Shown: piece by piece, positions 59,594 through 64,000 of the stretch
Position numbering within the stretch: the stretch's first letter is position 1
Layout: each line of letters starts with the position of its first letter
Assembly (NCBI GenBank): GCA_964016885.1
Contig: OZ024751.1
Coordinates: forward strand, 38,998,001-39,062,000
Reading direction: 5' to 3'
Length of the DNA stretch: 64,000 nt
DNA from: Eledone cirrhosa
Taxonomy: Eukaryota
Notes under the pieces: model-generated
What the model was told of the DNA's origin: nothing
Seen by the model: only the letters and a program-made list of their open reading frames with translations
Databases searched by the model: none
Program-made: the position numbers and the translations under genes

Positions 59594-59651
59594 TACATAT
59601 TTGTGTATATATATATATATATATATATTTACATATATATATATATACATA

Positions 59652-59730
59652 TTGGGTTGTAACACAAATTCCCGCCGTTCTTTTATTAAGAAGTTTTATA
59701 ACAACGGCGGGAATTTATGACACAACCCAA
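59652..59730. mobile_element. 79-bp mariner-derived MITE (MADE1-like architecture) in (TA)n
   Basis: TIRs TTGGGTTGTAACACAAATTCCCGCCGTT / AACGGCGGGAATTTATGACACAACCCAA with TA flanks. Confidence 0.82.
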
Positions 59731-59732
59731 TA

Positions 59733-59772
<40 letters not shown>

Positions 59773-59777
59773 CATAC

Positions 59778-59864
<87 letters not shown>

Positions 59865-59890
59865 CATATATATATGTTTACATATGTATG

Positions 59891-59923
<33 letters not shown>

Positions 59924-60237
59924 ACGCATGTATATGTGTGTTGAAGAAAACAAAACGTTAAAGGAGTCTTGCACTTATTTTAGGCAGTTTTATGAGTAAA
60001 CGTCTCATTGATCTAGTTTATGTTCTCTTTGAATTTCACCGTTCATGTACTGAAATACAAATACGAAAATACGAAATATATATACAAGCACAAATAGAAG
60101 GATAAAAACAAATACTAACACAGGAAAGCAAAAGTACAAAAGCTCATAAATACGCACAGGCTCATATATACAACAGACACAGAGACAGATAGAGAGAGAG
60201 GTGGGGGGGGGGGTAATTATATATATATATATATATA

Positions 60238-60643
60238 CGAGGGCAATCCCAAAAGTAAAGTCTCCTTCCGATATTGAAAACTTCTGTTATTGCAACTTTT
60301 CCGTTAAAATCCTGTGGATGGTGCTTCGGGAAACCTCAGGAACTAAAATGCAGAGACCATCCAGAGTGATCCGCCGATCTTTACGCATGTGTTCCTCGGA
60401 AGGAGACCTTACTTTTGGGATTGTCCTCTATATAATAACTGCGTGAAATTCGCACTTGGCAGTAGCGTTCAACGGGAGCTCCATTCTCAACGGCTGACAA
60501 GCCAAGATTGAGCATCCCAGCGAAGAGCGCGCATGCTTGTTTGGGAGTGAAGGAAGCACCAATCACAACAATGTTGCCAACAACCGTACGAACAGTTTCT
60601 CTGCGTCCCCATCGCTTTGGAGACCTTACTTTTGGGATTGCGC
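60238..60643. mobile_element. Mariner-type MITE (CGAGGG terminus), 60238-60428, plus an extra segment ending in a second right TIR
   Basis: CGAGGGCAATCCCAAAAGTAAAGTCTCC. GGAGACCTTACTTTTGGGATTG at 60402 and 60619. TA flanks. Confidence 0.82.
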
Positions 60644-60849
60644 TATATATATATATATATATATATATTGTTATACTTTGGGAGGGTCATGTTGCCAATA
60701 AGAAACACACGCACCAGTTGCTTTCACTTCAATTTATTATATATTTATAAATTTATAAATTTACAAATCTACAAACTTATAAATTTCTAGGAGAGGAAAT
60801 ATGAATGAGAGACAGAAATAGAAAATATTATTCAGAAAGGATTGGCCCC

Positions 60850-61000
60850 AATACAGGGTTGGTATTGGTACTTTTCATCGATCTGGAAGGATGAAAGGAA
60901 TGGTTTATTTCGACTGGATTTGAACACAGCAATCGCAGATCGCCGGAAGGAATCACACAAATAATTCTGCTCGTCGTTTTAATGATAATTTGCCGCTTTA
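60850..61000 (-). mobile_element. Degenerate SINE (Meta-like)
   Basis: TTGGTACTTTTCATCGATCTGGAAGGATGAAAGG...GGATTTGAACACAG. Confidence 0.6.
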
Positions 61001-61579
61001 CAATTTCTTTCTTTCACATTCACATTCTTGGTCTTTGGACAATCAGTATGAAAGTAACTGTTGAATATAAATTTATCCAACAACAGTTTTTCATTAAAAA
61101 TGAAAGAAACTGGCGAACTCTGATTTTGTTGAAAGTTATAACAGTAAAAATCCAAATTTCAAACAAGTGTTTAAACGTGATAAAAACGTGACCTATACAA
61201 ATAAATTGAAATGAATTTAAAACCAAAATTTAAAATGATATAAAAGAAAGGATATTTACATAGAACAAAGGATATATAATTCACCTATCCGACTATTGTT
61301 TAGGCGAGGAATTTATGCAAATTATTAAAAATTATCCAGAGTAAAAAACGTAAGAAAAGTAACGAGAAAATACAAGAAAGATCTTATTTGAAAACTTAAA
61401 AAGAAATGTAAAATCCGTTGTGTTTTACATATGGAAAATAATTGAACTGTGCAATACTCGGATAGAAATTTTATTTACTAATAGCAAACTTCGAATATTT
61501 TAAGAGAAAATTACCAGAATAGCTTCGTGACGGCTTTGGACTATTCATTTAGAATATTAAAATCTTGGAGATTAGTATT

Positions 61580-61610
<31 letters not shown>

Positions 61611-61977
61611 GTAAGAGAGAATCTTTAGAAATTCATAAAACTCATTTCATGTGCAGTCCACAATGAACCATCCTAGATGTTGATCAGTATTTTATATATA
61701 TTTTTTTGTCTTTCAAACTATCGACGTACTAAATTGGTTTAATTAGATTTCAAATATTTGGATTTTCTTTATTGTTACTTTCTAACAAGCAGACAAAATA
61801 CGTTAGTTATATGTCTAATATATCCTAAAGAATATGATTTGTATTAATCCCTAGCCTATCAGGAGATCAAATACGTGACGCTCGGAGTAAATATATATAA
61901 AGCTTAAACCTCTTATATAATATAATAATGTGCTATACTATACACTATACTATACTATACGATTAGATACTATAATA

Positions 61978-62145
<168 letters not shown>

Positions 62146-62277
62146 TGGGGAGAGAGAGACAGGGAGACACAGAGATGCATCTCGTCTAAAGCACTTCTGT
62201 GAAATCAAATTTATAAGTTAAATTCACCCTCCTATATAGATAAATATATATAGATATATATAGATATATATAGATAT

Positions 62278-63005
62278 GTTTCTTTTATTTGCCACTAGGG
62301 CATCAAAAGTGGGACAAGTACAAAGGGGGGAGTTTACACAAAAAGGCGTCCTCAATAAGGAGGAGGCAATAACAAAATATAAAAATAAAATAAGATATAA
62401 CAAAAAATAAAATTTTTAACAAAATCCTCAATAGAGAGGAGGCGCCTTGGGGGGTCGCACACACCCCCGAAAAAAGTGTGCAACCCTTCTCCTCGGGAGC
62501 ACAGAGAAGGGGTGCTCCCTTGGTCTTTCATCTTCCTCACCTATAGTCTGATGTAGAGTGAAGGCCCATTCACACGGGCCATTCTCGCCACTTTCACCCA
62601 TCTTTCATAGAAACGGCTGGGGTGCAGCACCTCTCTCTCCATCCTGATCCTTCTTCCGAAATGATATCGGAAGAAACGGACCAGTTGTTGGCCAGAGAGA
62701 AAGGTGCCTGACCTCAGTCCTTTCAGACGCGTCCACCATACAACCTCTTTCGCCATGGCTATTACGCACAGAAACACCGCCTCTGCTTCATCTTTGAAGG
62801 GGGGAGGCGGCTTGATCATTACAATAGACTCGGTGGTCAACCGGATCGGTCCCACCCTTGACAGCAGTTGTTCGACATAGCCCCACAGATCGGCTACGCC
62901 CGAGCAGTGTACCAATGCGTGTGCAACGGTTTCCTCGTCGCACACGCATCTGGGACAGATCTTTTTGGCGGGGTCCCTACCCGGGCGCCCGTGTCTGTAG
63001 AGCCT
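62278..63005 (-). mobile_element. 5'-truncated Tx1/L1-like LINE, paralogue of 21577-22299
   Basis: LYRHGRPGRDPAKKICPRCVCDEETVAHALVHC...GPSLYIRL* (stop at 62541), 3'UTR, AATAAAAGAAAC end. Confidence 0.9.
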
Positions 63006-64000
63006 TAGATAGATATATATAGTCACACATAATATCTATTTAGAACTAACTGTAACAAATATCAAGTATTTGTATTAGCTGTAGTTTAAGTGCGTACATT
63101 TATCTATAAGAAACTGTGTTACGGACTAATTCAACTTCCATACGTTTAAAAGGAGAGGTGTGGTGTTTCCTTGAAATTACCGCTTCATCTTCAGAAAAAC
63201 CTTGAAGAATGGTTTATAGACAAAATGGGATAAGAGGCCTTTAAATTTCATAAATACTACCTCATAGAAAATTATACGTTTTATGACGTTGATTGCTGTT
63301 TTTCTTTTCTAAGATTGTCATTGAAGTTTAAATGTAATTAGAAAACTATTGAGATGTCGCTGTATTAGTAGTATCATAAAATTCTGAGATAGTAAAACCT
63401 AAGATCAAAATGGCTGACCAATATCGTGAATCTCGTGTAGATTCATTTTTATATATATTTTATATATGTTGTTTATATTATGTTTATTTTAGATTATTTT
63501 TGTTGTTGTTGTATAGATGTATTGCCTTGTCTAACTTCAATTTCCTTTCCATCAAAATAGAGTAAATACCACTCAATACAAACAATTTCATCGTGTCTTA
63601 CTAATAAAAGCCATTTTTATTTGATTAAAAATAACCATAAGGAATATAAATACGGCAAAAACATTGTAAATAATAAAATAGTAAAATAGAAAAAAAAGCA
63701 GGCCGCAAAAAGAGAAATGAAAGAGAAAGAGAAAGTGAAGAAGAAGTAAGAGAAGAAGGTAATAGTTTGTGTCTATCATTAGTGAACGAAGACACTTATA
63801 TAGCAATCCACATGTCTCCCTCGACGCAACAAAACCAAAAGAAGCAAAATACAGCGAACAATATAATACAACATTGGAGAATATATACACTAAGAAAGGA
63901 GGAAAATGATATACATACATTCATAAATACACATATATATATATGCATACATATATATACATACATATATACATAATGCATACTTACCTTGATGCATATA

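Overview
AT-rich, repeat-saturated animal DNA, most consistent with an intronic or intergenic stretch of an octopus-type (coleoid cephalopod) genome. The organism call is inferred from the dense (TA)n/(CA)n/(GA)n tracts and the SINE families. No complete host gene is visible, and nearly all ORFs in the track are microsatellite artefacts. Supported content: about 15 tRNA-headed SINE copies from two families, two 5'-truncated Tx1-like LINE ends, RTE, CRE and Penelope fragments, two mariner-type MITEs, several minisatellites and one candidate 18-nt microexon. The main discovery is a set of short non-coding inserts, each embedded in (TA)n. They fall into at least six families with no obvious sequence similarity to each other. 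They carry hand-foldable hammerhead ribozyme (HHR) motifs with canonical CUGAUGA, compensatory U3-A8 or recurrent U4A cores, and most are built as fold-back (inverted) duplications. They resemble Penelope-like pLTR remnants or retrozyme-like elements. A separate ~455-bp palindrome holds two convergent tRNA-like Pol III cassettes. All folds and alignments were done by eye, and coordinates of degenerate repeats are approximate.
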